A DNA stretch of 64,000 bases, from assembly GCA_965222615.1 (NCBI GenBank), contig CBDCUI010000009.1, positions 64,001 to 128,000 on the forward strand, read 5' to 3'. The notes beneath the pieces were generated by a model that was not told the origin of the DNA, made no database searches, and saw only the letters and a program-made list of their open reading frames with translations. The position numbers and the translations under genes are program-made. Origin of the DNA: Gammaproteobacteria bacterium. GTDB lineage: Bacteria > Pseudomonadota > Gammaproteobacteria > UBA4575. This document shows positions 10,701 through 18,742 of this stretch, piece after piece (within the stretch, counting starts at the first letter, position 1; each line of letters begins with the position of its first letter).

Positions 10701-11838
10701 GCAAGCTACTGAGAATTTATTAGATGAAAAATTATTAAATTTGATCAAGGATAATGTCGAATACATAAATAGTGAATATTTAGGAGGTTATCTTTCTGGT
10801 ATTCGAGAGCTTGATGAGGATAGATGGGAATCATTAATTGTGTTATTGCTTAGAGATGTAAATACAAGAGACTTGGCAATAAATTGTATAACGAGATCCG
10901 GACTAAACGATTCCCTTATACATCTAATGCTAAATATGTATAAGAAAGAGGAGATAAGCTCTAGCGCATTTTTTAATTTCTATTATAAGCGTGAGAATTC
11001 AGGTGTTTCATTTGATGCGGTTAGAGAAATTATACATACCTTACTCCAATATCCCGACGACACATCAGTTAGTGTTGCAATTGAAATTTTATACGTTAAA
11101 TACATAGAAGATGAAATTAATCCTTTACCAGAAGAATTGGTACTTAACGCTCTCATTGCGCCCCCGATTAAAATTTATACCCAAGAAGCAATGTATGACT
11201 ATCATTGGGAAAAAATTGCAAATGTTTATTTGAAAGAGTATCCACATAGAAGCATGGAATTGCTAGGTTCAATTTTCGATAAAATTCTTAGTGGCGCCCA
11301 ATATTATTCTTACTCATTTTTACGAAAAACAGCAGCTAAGATTATTAAAAGCGAACCTGATTTATCGTGGAAATTAGTATCAAGGATGCTTGAAGATAAC
11401 GACGCAGCTTCTTTTCATTTAATGTATTGGTTTGATAGTGACAACATTGAGGAAGGTGAAGAGAATAAAAGCTTAGCAAGTTATTTCCCTATAGATAAAG
11501 TTATGAAATGGGTTGGTGAAGACGAAAAAATTAGGAAGAATAAAATAATTGAAATATTGCCTAAAACTTTAGAATTACAGAATGGCGGTTATCTAACTCG
11601 TGAATTTATTGATAAATTTTGTAACGATAAAAAAACCACTGGAAGGCTCATAGTGCATTTTTGGGCCGGTTCATGGAGTGGAAATACTAGTGCATACTTA
11701 TCAGGCAAGAGAGATATAGCTAGAAAATGGTTCAGTGAAATTGAATCAGCTAGGATACAAAAATGGTTAAGCTATTACATGGACTGGTTAAGTGAACGAA
11801 TTGAGAGAGAGTTGATTGAAGAAGAAAGAGAATTTTGA
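7783..11838 (+). CDS. XRE-HTH + PD-(D/E)xK-like nuclease + STAND-like P-loop NTPase + helical repeats (candidate Avs-like defence protein)
   Basis: N-terminal TQADKAKQLGITQPRLNALL..FSLDALV; DGGIDA...FQVKS; Walker A GEPGIGKT; Walker B LVIDDCD; CDGSPRVA; long alpha-helical C-terminus. Confidence 0.7.
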   Translation: MSDNLEATELSNDIRERAELIVTLQEYLVGQPGTQADKAKQLGITQPRLNALLKNKVEKFSLDALVNIAAKAGVRVNLQLQRIAKPLKSPPTILNTFQVGPFFSPMPDELGYLDSTQSSKVFLNLLRCDVTSAGISPSNIVFSLNTTTKDGGIDAKVEVECASSSFLDNGNVHFQVKSGSSFKPWYASCLKRELFGKSNARPSKKALGDAVKHCLDNGHTYCLVTFGHDLLPKEHTKTINYLIEYFQACGYRNPKVKVLGQGQLIGEIEKYPSLCLELKGLSVDGAQPIEYWKNNAQMQLPLFKGEPQNKFIDEIQDLIRSNSVQHIRVIGEPGIGKTRLILESVSDQFIAPTVVYISSGEEFQKSKLFKEILRVDRNFSATLVIDDCDSRDRTSIWSALKGNSRIKLITIDHGPEDSDDSSMKTIHCPLLPNEQIEEILASYLDKKYDLRNWAEMCDGSPRVAHAVGENLAKNSSDVLKTPADVPIWERFIIGHKPINSVDAEQYRIVLRHLALFQKFGFENPVDEEARHICTLVQKVDSSISWGKFQTIVLHYKNKRILQGNTTLYFVPKALHIHLWVDYWEQHGRGFKFQDIYEELPSGLRNWFLQLFIYAHDVEPAKKVVKNILSEDGPFSDVSFFKSKTGLKFISVLAEADPASTLRLIERTLEEWSHEDIYKLNEGRQYLVWALEKISVWKNLFARSVDVLTRLALAENSNYGNNSTGILLSLFQIGRGWAPTQAPPEMRFPILQEFVRSEDSAKRELGFKMCETWLDTHGGMRTIGSEYQGIRPTIKFWAPKVWGEIFDCWRDVLKFLFDEMKGFDIENKNKAANVLVHAAFDLIDTNAVTDQIHDILFELANDEDISKKGLTNFVIRMLNRRDRKLESSLLEKINELDNMLTGTSLIDRITRFVLNTNWEEHYGINDGDNSESDRRVNELAKEYMADTEHFDKYALSLLKASGLKLPQFAYECGKQATENLLDEKLLNLIKDNVEYINSEYLGGYLSGIRELDEDRWESLIVLLLRDVNTRDLAINCITRSGLNDSLIHLMLNMYKKEEISSSAFFNFYYKRENSGVSFDAVREIIHTLLQYPDDTSVSVAIEILYVKYIEDEINPLPEELVLNALIAPPIKIYTQEAMYDYHWEKIANVYLKEYPHRSMELLGSIFDKILSGAQYYSYSFLRKTAAKIIKSEPDLSWKLVSRMLEDNDAASFHLMYWFDSDNIEEGEENKSLASYFPIDKVMKWVGEDEKIRKNKIIEILPKTLELQNGGYLTREFIDKFCNDKKTTGRLIVHFWAGSWSGNTSAYLSGKRDIARKWFSEIESARIQKWLSYYMDWLSERIERELIEEEREF

Positions 11839-11984
11839 ATAAAATTAGTCTTTTTTTGTATTCAATATTTTATCGTGTCGATAGCCCACGTATAAAATCA
11901 CAAAGGTTGGCGAATATCTACCGTTCATTTTGTTAGTACGTATAGGCATTCACAGCTCCAATTGTTAGGGCGTTCATAAAAATA

Positions 11985-12043
11985 TTACAAATTTATGAGT
12001 GGCCATGATCATTTAAATTGTAGCCGGATACCCCCCTATGGGG
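11985..12043 (+). other. Putative packaging / terminal-repeat-like site resembling T7-type genome ends
   Basis: TTACAAATTTATGAGTG...CCCCCCTATGGGG resembles (from memory) the T7 right-end junction AAAAATCTGAGTG...CCCCCATAGGGGG. Confidence 0.45.
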
Positions 12044-12359
12044 TCGGCAAACCACCATATAGGACCACCAAAACACCTGCCTACTTGGTTTAACACCAAG
12101 ACCTCAAGTCTTCTAGCCCGAAGGCCTAGCACCTGCAAAGTCAATGTTTATGCGGGCTTAGGTCATCCTTAGCATTGTCTAGGTGTGTCAATGTTGACTT
12201 GAACTGTGACATAGGGGTGACTTGGAGAGGTTGAGGAGCTGGCTTAGGTGGTCTCAGCGCGTCCATTTGAGTGCAGGGGAGCAGGCTTCAATACGCACAT
12301 CCTAATCACTAACAATCATTCCAGTTAAATACCAACAGTAAGGAGTAACCATTCACAGC

Positions 12360-12668
12360 ATGAAAGTAGAAGCATTTAGACAACCTGACCTAGGTCATTC
12401 AGTTGAGATGCTAGACATGATCAAGCAGATGTTTAGCGAAGGCATACCGCAATCTCGGATAGCAGAGCGTCTTAATAAGAAAGGCTATAGGGGCGCTCTT
12501 GGTGGTAAATGGAATTCCAGTAGTGTCGGTAGATTGCTTAGGCAGTTGAAGCTATTGCCTACACACAGTAGTTATCTTGAAGTGACCAAACAGAATGCTG
12601 AGCTGAAGGCGAGGGTTATAGAGTTAGAGGATACGTTAGAACATATAATGAAGGAGCATTACAGTTAA
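12360..12668 (+). CDS. Small DNA-binding protein: serine-recombinase 'Recombinase'-domain-like HTH plus coiled coil
   Basis: SRIAERLNKKGYRGALGGKWNSSSVGRLL pattern; AAGGAG RBS; C-terminal heptads. Confidence 0.6.
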   Translation: MKVEAFRQPDLGHSVEMLDMIKQMFSEGIPQSRIAERLNKKGYRGALGGKWNSSSVGRLLRQLKLLPTHSSYLEVTKQNAELKARVIELEDTLEHIMKEHYS

Positions 12669-12766
12669 TTAATCTATTTTTTCAAGTAGTTACAAGTGAA
12701 ACATAAAGTAAAAATAATGGCTATATACTACGCTCAGTCATGAGGTTATATAACGCTGTTAAAGGG

Positions 12767-13283
12767 GACCCCTACTCTCAGAGAACTACAAACAAACTTT
12801 CGAGTTTAAGACCTCGACAAACAAAACTTTCCCCTATCCAATCGTCGTGTGAAACATGTTTCACGCTCTGACCTACGGGGTCGTGGGTTTTAGCCCGAGT
12901 GTTGTAACTCAACTGATAGATTCAATGTGACAGTTTTTACTGTTGTTAAAGGATTTAAGAATGGCTTAGGTAAGCGAGTGAAAATTGACTTAAGTCGGAA
13001 ACTTGAGTTTTAGGACCCTCACTTATAGACCTATGGAACCGTCGTAACCGTTCGTCAATGTTTAGAACGCCTATTCTAAGACAACTAGAACCACCACTTA
13101 TAGACTAAACAACCAAACAAACAAATCGAGTTTCTGATCTCTCAAAAAACTTTCACCTATCCAATCGAAATCAGTATATGGGGTTTTCAAAATACCTAAC
13201 ATTTTCAGTGAAGTAGTAAAAGACCCCTACTTACAGAGAAATTCATAGTTTTCTGAATCTAATATCAGTTACCTATCCAACCG
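12767..13283 (+). repeat. Four bipartite repeat modules (16-bp box A plus 12-bp box B); phage-RNAP-promoter-like
   Basis: Box A GACCCCTACTCTCAGA (12767), GACCCTCACTTATAGA (13014), AACCACCACTTATAGA (13089), GACCCCTACTTACAGA (13222); box B CCTATSSAAYCG at 12833, 13030, 13156, 13272. Confidence 0.8.
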
Positions 13284-13367
13284 TCATCACAGCTAAGGGT
13301 AGGGCTTAAAAATTTCCTCAATACTGGCTCGCAATGCCAGTTATTCATATCAACTTAAAGACATACC

Positions 13368-13625
13368 ATGAACAAACAACACCAAATCTACCGCATCAAT
13401 CTCGATGCCTTAAGCCGTGATCAACTTGAATATGCAAAGCAAAAAGTAAATGAAGTCACCGGAGCACGCTTCAGTTACTCCGAGCTTGTCCGCTGTGGTA
13501 TCGATCTAATGAGCCGTGAGCTGGAGCGTCAATTGAATAACTCAACAGGGTTAGCAAACAGATTAATAAATAGATTCGGTAAGTACCGATGGGCTAGGTC
13601 CGCTACTCAACGCAAAAGGAAGTAA
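13368..13625 (+). CDS. Putative ribbon-helix-helix-like DNA-binding protein
   Basis: Beta strand YRINL followed by a helix and SYSELVRCGI. Confidence 0.4.
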   Translation: MNKQHQIYRINLDALSRDQLEYAKQKVNEVTGARFSYSELVRCGIDLMSRELERQLNNSTGLANRLINRFGKYRWARSATQRKRK

Positions 13626-13628
13626 CAA

Positions 13629-13964
13629 ATGGAAACAGATATAGATATTAAAGATGTAAGTCTAATGGACGTGTCTACATGGCATCACGATGTAGACGAT
13701 ACGGAAGCCCTTACACGGAAGCATATCCCAAACCTAGACATTGCAAAGTGGCTGTTACAGATCAGGGCCGATGCTCCGAATAAAGCTCCAGTAGTAATTA
13801 AAGGCGAAGAACAAGAGCCCACACCACATATTGATGTTACTCGAAGTAATCAACTGCTGAAGATAATTGCTTGCAACTTATTACAACGATTCTGTGTGCT
13901 TACATTTAATTCAAACATCGAGAAGGTCATAGATGAATATGAACGTCGTACCGTTATCTACTGA
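13629..13964 (+). CDS. Hypothetical protein
   Basis: AAGGAAG RBS; tightly packed operon. Confidence 0.55.
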   Translation: METDIDIKDVSLMDVSTWHHDVDDTEALTRKHIPNLDIAKWLLQIRADAPNKAPVVIKGEEQEPTPHIDVTRSNQLLKIIACNLLQRFCVLTFNSNIEKVIDEYERRTVIY

Positions 13965-14220
13965 TCTTACATTACCAAGTGGTCCCGCAAGTTATGAAGA
14001 TGTATGCACAATACATCGGCAAGTTACCTCTATTCTGTCTGATGACTTAAACAAGATAGAAGAGGGCACTTATGATGGTGATGAGAAAGCGAAAGCAGAG
14101 ATCATCAAGGTTGCTATTAAGTTCTTAAAGGACAATAAGATCTTAGTTGATGAGGATAGCTCACCGAGAAAGTATGCAACTCAACTAGAAAGTTTAGAGT
14201 TGCCGACGTTTAGAGACTAG
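13933..14220 (+). CDS. Autographivirus-like terminase small subunit (DNA maturase A-like)
   Basis: AS.E....IH..V...L and AIKFLKDN.I...LPTF pattern recalled from TerS of T7-supergroup phages. Confidence 0.55.
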   Translation: MNMNVVPLSTDLTLPSGPASYEDVCTIHRQVTSILSDDLNKIEEGTYDGDEKAKAEIIKVAIKFLKDNKILVDEDSSPRKYATQLESLELPTFRD

Positions 14221-14256
14221 ATAAAAGCTTAAGGAAATAAATTAAAGGGATACAAA

Positions 14257-16176
14257 ATGGAACAATTAATCACAATCGACTCGAATGAGTTTGTCGAAAG
14301 GATGCAAGAACATTGGGAGACTACATTAGGCAATGTAAGCAGTGATGCATTACGCCTTGTATGGAAGCAACTATCTTCAACATTCAATGGTTATATTGGT
14401 GGACATGCAGATAAAGAATGGTATGTATTGCAACCCCCCACTGGATCAGGCAAAACTCAAGGCACTATTGTTTATGCATCGATGCTGTCTGAACTGGAAA
14501 TGACAGATCACCCTGGAATGTTAATTGTTACACGTCGGATATTCGATGCAGATTTAATAGCAGATCAGATAAATGAACTTTCAGGTCGAGAGGTAGCCGT
14601 TAGCTTTCATAGTGATAAGCATAAAGAGCTATCAATTCACGAGCTGTCCAAATGGCCTGTATTAGTCATTACCCATAGAGCCTATGAATTAGCACTGGAT
14701 CAAATCTATAAAGATCAAAGCAATAAAGATACATGGGATTACTTCAATGAGTGGATACCTAAGTTTGATTCAAATGGCAGAAAGTTAATTGTTATTGATG
14801 AGTCACTAGACATTGTTGAGCATAATCAAGTCACAGCTTCAGAGCTTAACCACACCATAGGTTGTCTTGACACAAAGCTATTAATTAAATATCCAAGTGA
14901 AATCGAAGCAATTAAGGTTGCAAGAGACCATCTCCTTAAAATAGAAGCAATGAACTTTGCAAGCACTACGACCACCATTGTCAAAAGCGTGCTCGATGAT
15001 ATTACTAAGGCACCTAATTTCTCAGAACTAATAAAAGACCTCAAGCAAGTGCGCTTCGATTTTCAAGTTCATAAGAATGACACCAATGAGAATAACAAAA
15101 TGAGGTCATTACATGAGAAGAGATTGAATGCACTGCAACGTATCTATAACTCATGGATGTACTATGCGAGGCTAGAGAATAAAGAAACATTAAACACAGC
15201 AAGATTGCTTGTACCAAGTAATGTTAGAGGCGCGGTTGTATTAGATGCAACAGCGAAGTCTAACTTGATCTATACAGTATTCGATAAAGCAAAGGTACTC
15301 ACACCACCGGAAGGTTCACGAAACTATCAGAATGTGAATGCACATTTCTTAAAGGGCTTCAACGGTGGCAAGGTATCGATGCAAAAGAATGCTAAGAAGC
15401 TTGCTAAGCAATTAATGGCGGACTTAAACACACGACTAGCGGGTCGTAATGTTCTTATCATTACTCATAAAAGTGTTAGACCAAGCCTTGAGCTATATGA
15501 AGGTAACACTAGTTTCAAAATGAACATTGCTCATTGGTTTAACGCCGCGGGTAGTAATGAATGGAAAGACTGTGATGCTGTAGTGTTATGGGGATTACCA
15601 TTTCTACCTGATTATGTGGCGACTAATACGTTCATGGCATGTCAAGGTGTACAAGAAGATGAGTGGCTGACAGATGTAACTAAGAGAGAGTTCAAAGGAA
15701 TAAAAGACATCAAGCAAGCACTTAAGGTTGGAGCTAGCGTAGTAGAGATCGTCCAAGGTCTGAATAGGATCGCCTCACGCAAAGTTATAGACACTGAAGG
15801 TAACTGTCCTGAAGTCGATTTCTATATTCCATTACCCAATAACACAATTGGAGAAGCAATCTATAAGGGGATTGTTGAGGAGATGCCTAGGATGACCTTA
15901 GGTGAACCTTGGAAACTAGACACCGATGCTAAGCCAGTTAAGAAAGGTAACGGTGAAATAGCTCTAGTGTCTTATCTCACTAATATGATGAGAGGGAAGG
16001 TTAGTGCTAGTCAGGTTAAGAGCGAGATAGGAATATCTCCCGCAACATTTAAAAGACTAGTAGCTAAGTTAAAAGATACAACTAGTTCCTTATATCAATC
16101 ACTAATAGATATAGGAGTTAAGTATCAAGTTAGTGGTAAGGGACAAAGACAAGTCGCTCATTTTGTTAAGTCTTAA
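14257..16176 (+). CDS. SF2 helicase-like replication protein with C-terminal HTH
   Basis: PTGSGKT (I), LIVT (Ia), VITH (Ib), IVIDES (II), LDATA (III), QGLNR (VI); SASQVKSEIGISPATFKR HTH. Confidence 0.75.
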   Translation: MEQLITIDSNEFVERMQEHWETTLGNVSSDALRLVWKQLSSTFNGYIGGHADKEWYVLQPPTGSGKTQGTIVYASMLSELEMTDHPGMLIVTRRIFDADLIADQINELSGREVAVSFHSDKHKELSIHELSKWPVLVITHRAYELALDQIYKDQSNKDTWDYFNEWIPKFDSNGRKLIVIDESLDIVEHNQVTASELNHTIGCLDTKLLIKYPSEIEAIKVARDHLLKIEAMNFASTTTTIVKSVLDDITKAPNFSELIKDLKQVRFDFQVHKNDTNENNKMRSLHEKRLNALQRIYNSWMYYARLENKETLNTARLLVPSNVRGAVVLDATAKSNLIYTVFDKAKVLTPPEGSRNYQNVNAHFLKGFNGGKVSMQKNAKKLAKQLMADLNTRLAGRNVLIITHKSVRPSLELYEGNTSFKMNIAHWFNAAGSNEWKDCDAVVLWGLPFLPDYVATNTFMACQGVQEDEWLTDVTKREFKGIKDIKQALKVGASVVEIVQGLNRIASRKVIDTEGNCPEVDFYIPLPNNTIGEAIYKGIVEEMPRMTLGEPWKLDTDAKPVKKGNGEIALVSYLTNMMRGKVSASQVKSEIGISPATFKRLVAKLKDTTSSLYQSLIDIGVKYQVSGKGQRQVAHFVKS

Positions 16177-16179
16177 AGT

Positions 16180-16228
16180 TATGAGGCTCACTTCCCTTTA
16201 ATAAACCTATAGGGATTCGATCCTCATA
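16180..16228. other. Imperfect inverted repeat directly after the helicase gene (candidate origin or terminator)
   Basis: TATGAGG..TCCCT..AATAAACC..AGGGA..CCTCATA. Confidence 0.45.
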
Positions 16229-16822
16229 AATATGAACGGTCAGTTATTAAAACTATCTGATACTTCGTAACCAACCGATCATAGACATCACTAGGTTTTA
16301 GGGGTCGTTATCATCCCCGTTATTTCCTCCCTGGTGGTGTCTATCCACCTAGGTCCAGCTAAGGTCATCCTTAGGTCTCTCCATACATCTTCCATACCCT
16401 ATGGATGGATCTTATTGGTCCTATAACTATCTAGCTTGCCTTATGGGCTAGAGAATGGAATAGCCGGTATAGGTCTAAACTTCGCCTATGCTGGCTAGTT
16501 CCTAGCTTATAATGACCGCTAACGACCCAAAGCGGACATTCAAATCATGACAAACTAGATAGGCTGGATCTTATTCCGCTTGAACTGCCGATTTCTCACA
16601 TTTAAACATCGCTATCTATCTAATCCTGCTGTATGGTGAATCTAAGATTAGATATTCCTATCCCGATTTTCTTCCAGAGTTTCATTTCTTTGCCAGTTGT
16701 CGGCAATCATCTCTAATTACTGATTCCTTTGACACAGTGTCATTGGAGCACTAACACATGTGCAAATAGATTGAATGGGTATGCGCACAACAAGGCTCGA
16801 TCATCGAGCAAGGATATAAACA

Positions 16823-17089
16823 ATGAAACTATATGTAGGTAATTTACCTTGGAGCGTAACTGATGTGGATTTAAAAGAACTTTTTAGTGAGGTTGGCGAA
16901 GTAACAAGCGCCACCATTATCACTGATAGAGATTCTGGTCGATCCCGTGGATTCGGTTTCGTAGAAATGGCGAAAGAGGCTGGCCAACAAGCGATTAAGA
17001 AATTCAGCGAGCACGTAATTGATAACAGAACGCTGCGTGTCAATGAAGCAAATGAAAAACAACCCCGTCAAGCTGGCGGCCATTCTTAA
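16823..17089 (+). CDS. RRM-domain RNA-binding protein
   Basis: RNP2 LYVGNL, RNP1 RGFGFVEM and LRVNEA. Confidence 0.95.
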   Translation: MKLYVGNLPWSVTDVDLKELFSEVGEVTSATIITDRDSGRSRGFGFVEMAKEAGQQAIKKFSEHVIDNRTLRVNEANEKQPRQAGGHS

Positions 17090-17169
17090 AAGGTAGTTGG
17101 GCTAATGATCTTCGGGCGACATAACAATGCCGCTCGAGATCCTTTGACTACACAAAAGGAGCTACTTCT

Positions 17170-17313
17170 ATGATCGAAGAAGAAGAAAAGAAGTTGATGG
17201 ATCAATACGGGGTCATTTCTCAGCAAAAAACGGTGTATCACTATAATGGGTACAACTATGACAATCTTGAAGATGCGATTCGGTATGCCAAGATTGACAC
17301 TCAGCGAAAGTGA
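17170..17313 (+). CDS. Small hypothetical protein (47 aa), not in the ORF track
   Basis: AAAGGAG RBS; MIEEEEKKLMDQYGVISQQKTVYHYNGYNYDNLEDAIRYAKIDTQRK. Confidence 0.65.
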   Translation: MIEEEEKKLMDQYGVISQQKTVYHYNGYNYDNLEDAIRYAKIDTQRK

Positions 17314-17352
17314 ATTTGGCCCGTTCCCACAAAATTCTATGAGGAAGCCAAC

Positions 17353-17745
17353 GTGAATACTATTAAAGATATCAAGATAAAAGGCTTAGACCCGAATCGA
17401 AGGCCCAGTCTAAAGAATAAAAACTACGTTGATATAATTTTCGAGCTGACTCAAAAAGCACCCAAAGACTGGTGCGCTGACTTCAATTTATTATTTTCAA
17501 AAGATAAGCACAACGCAAAGATAAATCCTGATGAGGGACGATATGTTGAGACATGGGTGAGAAATATTAACGACATTCCAAAAGAACTTGAGCTGATTAA
17601 ACAACTCATCGTAATCTGTAATAACAACTATATTGAACAAAAGCATCAAGAAGAACTAGCTTGGCAAAAATCTGAAAACAGCAAATCCAATAGCCGCAGC
17701 GATGAATTAGAAGGTATCCTGGCAAGCCTAAATTTCAATTCATAG
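17353..17745 (+). CDS. Hypothetical protein
   Basis: GAGGAAG RBS before GTG; 130 aa. Confidence 0.65.
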   Translation: MNTIKDIKIKGLDPNRRPSLKNKNYVDIIFELTQKAPKDWCADFNLLFSKDKHNAKINPDEGRYVETWVRNINDIPKELELIKQLIVICNNNYIEQKHQEELAWQKSENSKSNSRSDELEGILASLNFNS

Positions 17746-17776
17746 CTCTTGTCTGAAATTGGCCGAAAGGAATCAT

Positions 17777-18076
17777 ATGAATAAGGACTGCAAAGTCGTA
17801 CTTATTTCGAATTCTGGGTATAAAAAAGAACACAACGATCTATTGCAAGAGCTAATAGAAAATGAAATTGAACTTTTCTGTGCCGTGGGTATTGAGTGCC
17901 AGGAGTGGGAAGAAGCAATGGACTTGTTGTGTGCTGAGTTAGATGCAAATGACATTAAACCAAACGCTTTTTGCAACACGACATCTCATCCTAATGAAAG
18001 TGTTGAGGATGTGATTAAATTTGCCGAAAGTTGGAGCCAGAAAGGGGCAACAGAAGTAAAAATAATCGAGATTTAA
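17777..18076 (+). CDS. Hypothetical protein (cassette-like gene)
   Basis: ATG at 17777 uses AAAGGA from within the degenerate repeat as RBS; ends 12 nt before the next repeat. Confidence 0.7.
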   Translation: MNKDCKVVLISNSGYKKEHNDLLQELIENEIELFCAVGIECQEWEEAMDLLCAELDANDIKPNAFCNTTSHPNESVEDVIKFAESWSQKGATEVKIIEI

Positions 18077-18219
18077 CTAATGTAGTAGATGACCGCTATT
18101 GGCCGAAAGCGGACATAAACTAAGCCAGTAAGGCAGAAATTAGGTTGGATTCCATAAATAACATGTTCAAAATGACTGCTAACGACCCAAAGCGGACATA
18201 GGAAATAATAATATTTGAT

Positions 18220-18654
18220 ATGAAAAAGATACCAACTTTAAAAGCCGCGATGACTCCTTTCCCATATTCTGTACAGCTTGAAACGACGCTTACTGCTGTA
18301 AGGAATTTGATGCAAACGCACAATATTCATCATATTCCAGTTATGAATAGTGGGAAAATTGTAGGTGTAGTAACCGCAAGAGATGTTGAGGCAAGGCAAA
18401 AGATGATGGATAGCGATGATAATGAACCATCACTTGAGGTATTGCATGTTCCTATGTCTAAGGCTTATATCGTCGATATCAATGAACCGCTTGAAAATAT
18501 ATTGTTAACAATGGCTAGTAAACGAATTGGGGCTACTGTCGTAACTAAACATGGAAAATTAGTAGGAGTCTTTACATATATTGATGCTTGTCGTTATTTT
18601 AGTGAATACATAAAAGCAAAGTTTCCTAAAAATAATGATAATGATGCGGCATAA
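18220..18654 (+). CDS. CBS-domain pair protein
   Basis: MQTHNIHHIPVM..GKIVGVVTARD and GKLVGVFTYID. Confidence 0.9.
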   Translation: MKKIPTLKAAMTPFPYSVQLETTLTAVRNLMQTHNIHHIPVMNSGKIVGVVTARDVEARQKMMDSDDNEPSLEVLHVPMSKAYIVDINEPLENILLTMASKRIGATVVTKHGKLVGVFTYIDACRYFSEYIKAKFPKNNDNDAA

Positions 18655-18742
18655 GCATCAACTTTTGAATGACTGCTTTTGGCCGAAAGCGGACATAAAG
18701 AGCTAAGCCACATTAAAGCAACCTAGCTCTATCCCTGTAGCA

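Larger units (their letters stand above)
16511..18696 (+). repeat. Family of 28-30 bp hairpin repeats bracketing cargo genes
   Basis: ATGACYGCT-N10-AGCGGACAT at 16511-16540, 18089-18116, 18171-18199 and 18668-18696; degenerate copy at 17749-17776. Confidence 0.9.

Noticed and set aside
12849-12864. Perfect palindrome GTGAAACATGTTTCAC resembling parS
   Set aside because: The half-sites are in the opposite order to parS (TGTTTCACGTGAAACA) and no parAB is present; it may be an operator but cannot be assigned
12767-13283. Possible CRISPR array
   Set aside because: Repeats are short, bipartite and degenerate with irregular, mutually similar spacers; no cas genes
17759-18323. ORF starts and antisense ORFs created by the hairpin repeats (17759 TTG extension, 18120-18323 minus)
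   Set aside because: They run through repeat sequence or lie antisense to real genes
16511-18696. Classical integron attC array
   Set aside because: No RYYYAAC/GTTRRRY cores, repeats are too short, and the integrase is phage-type rather than IntI
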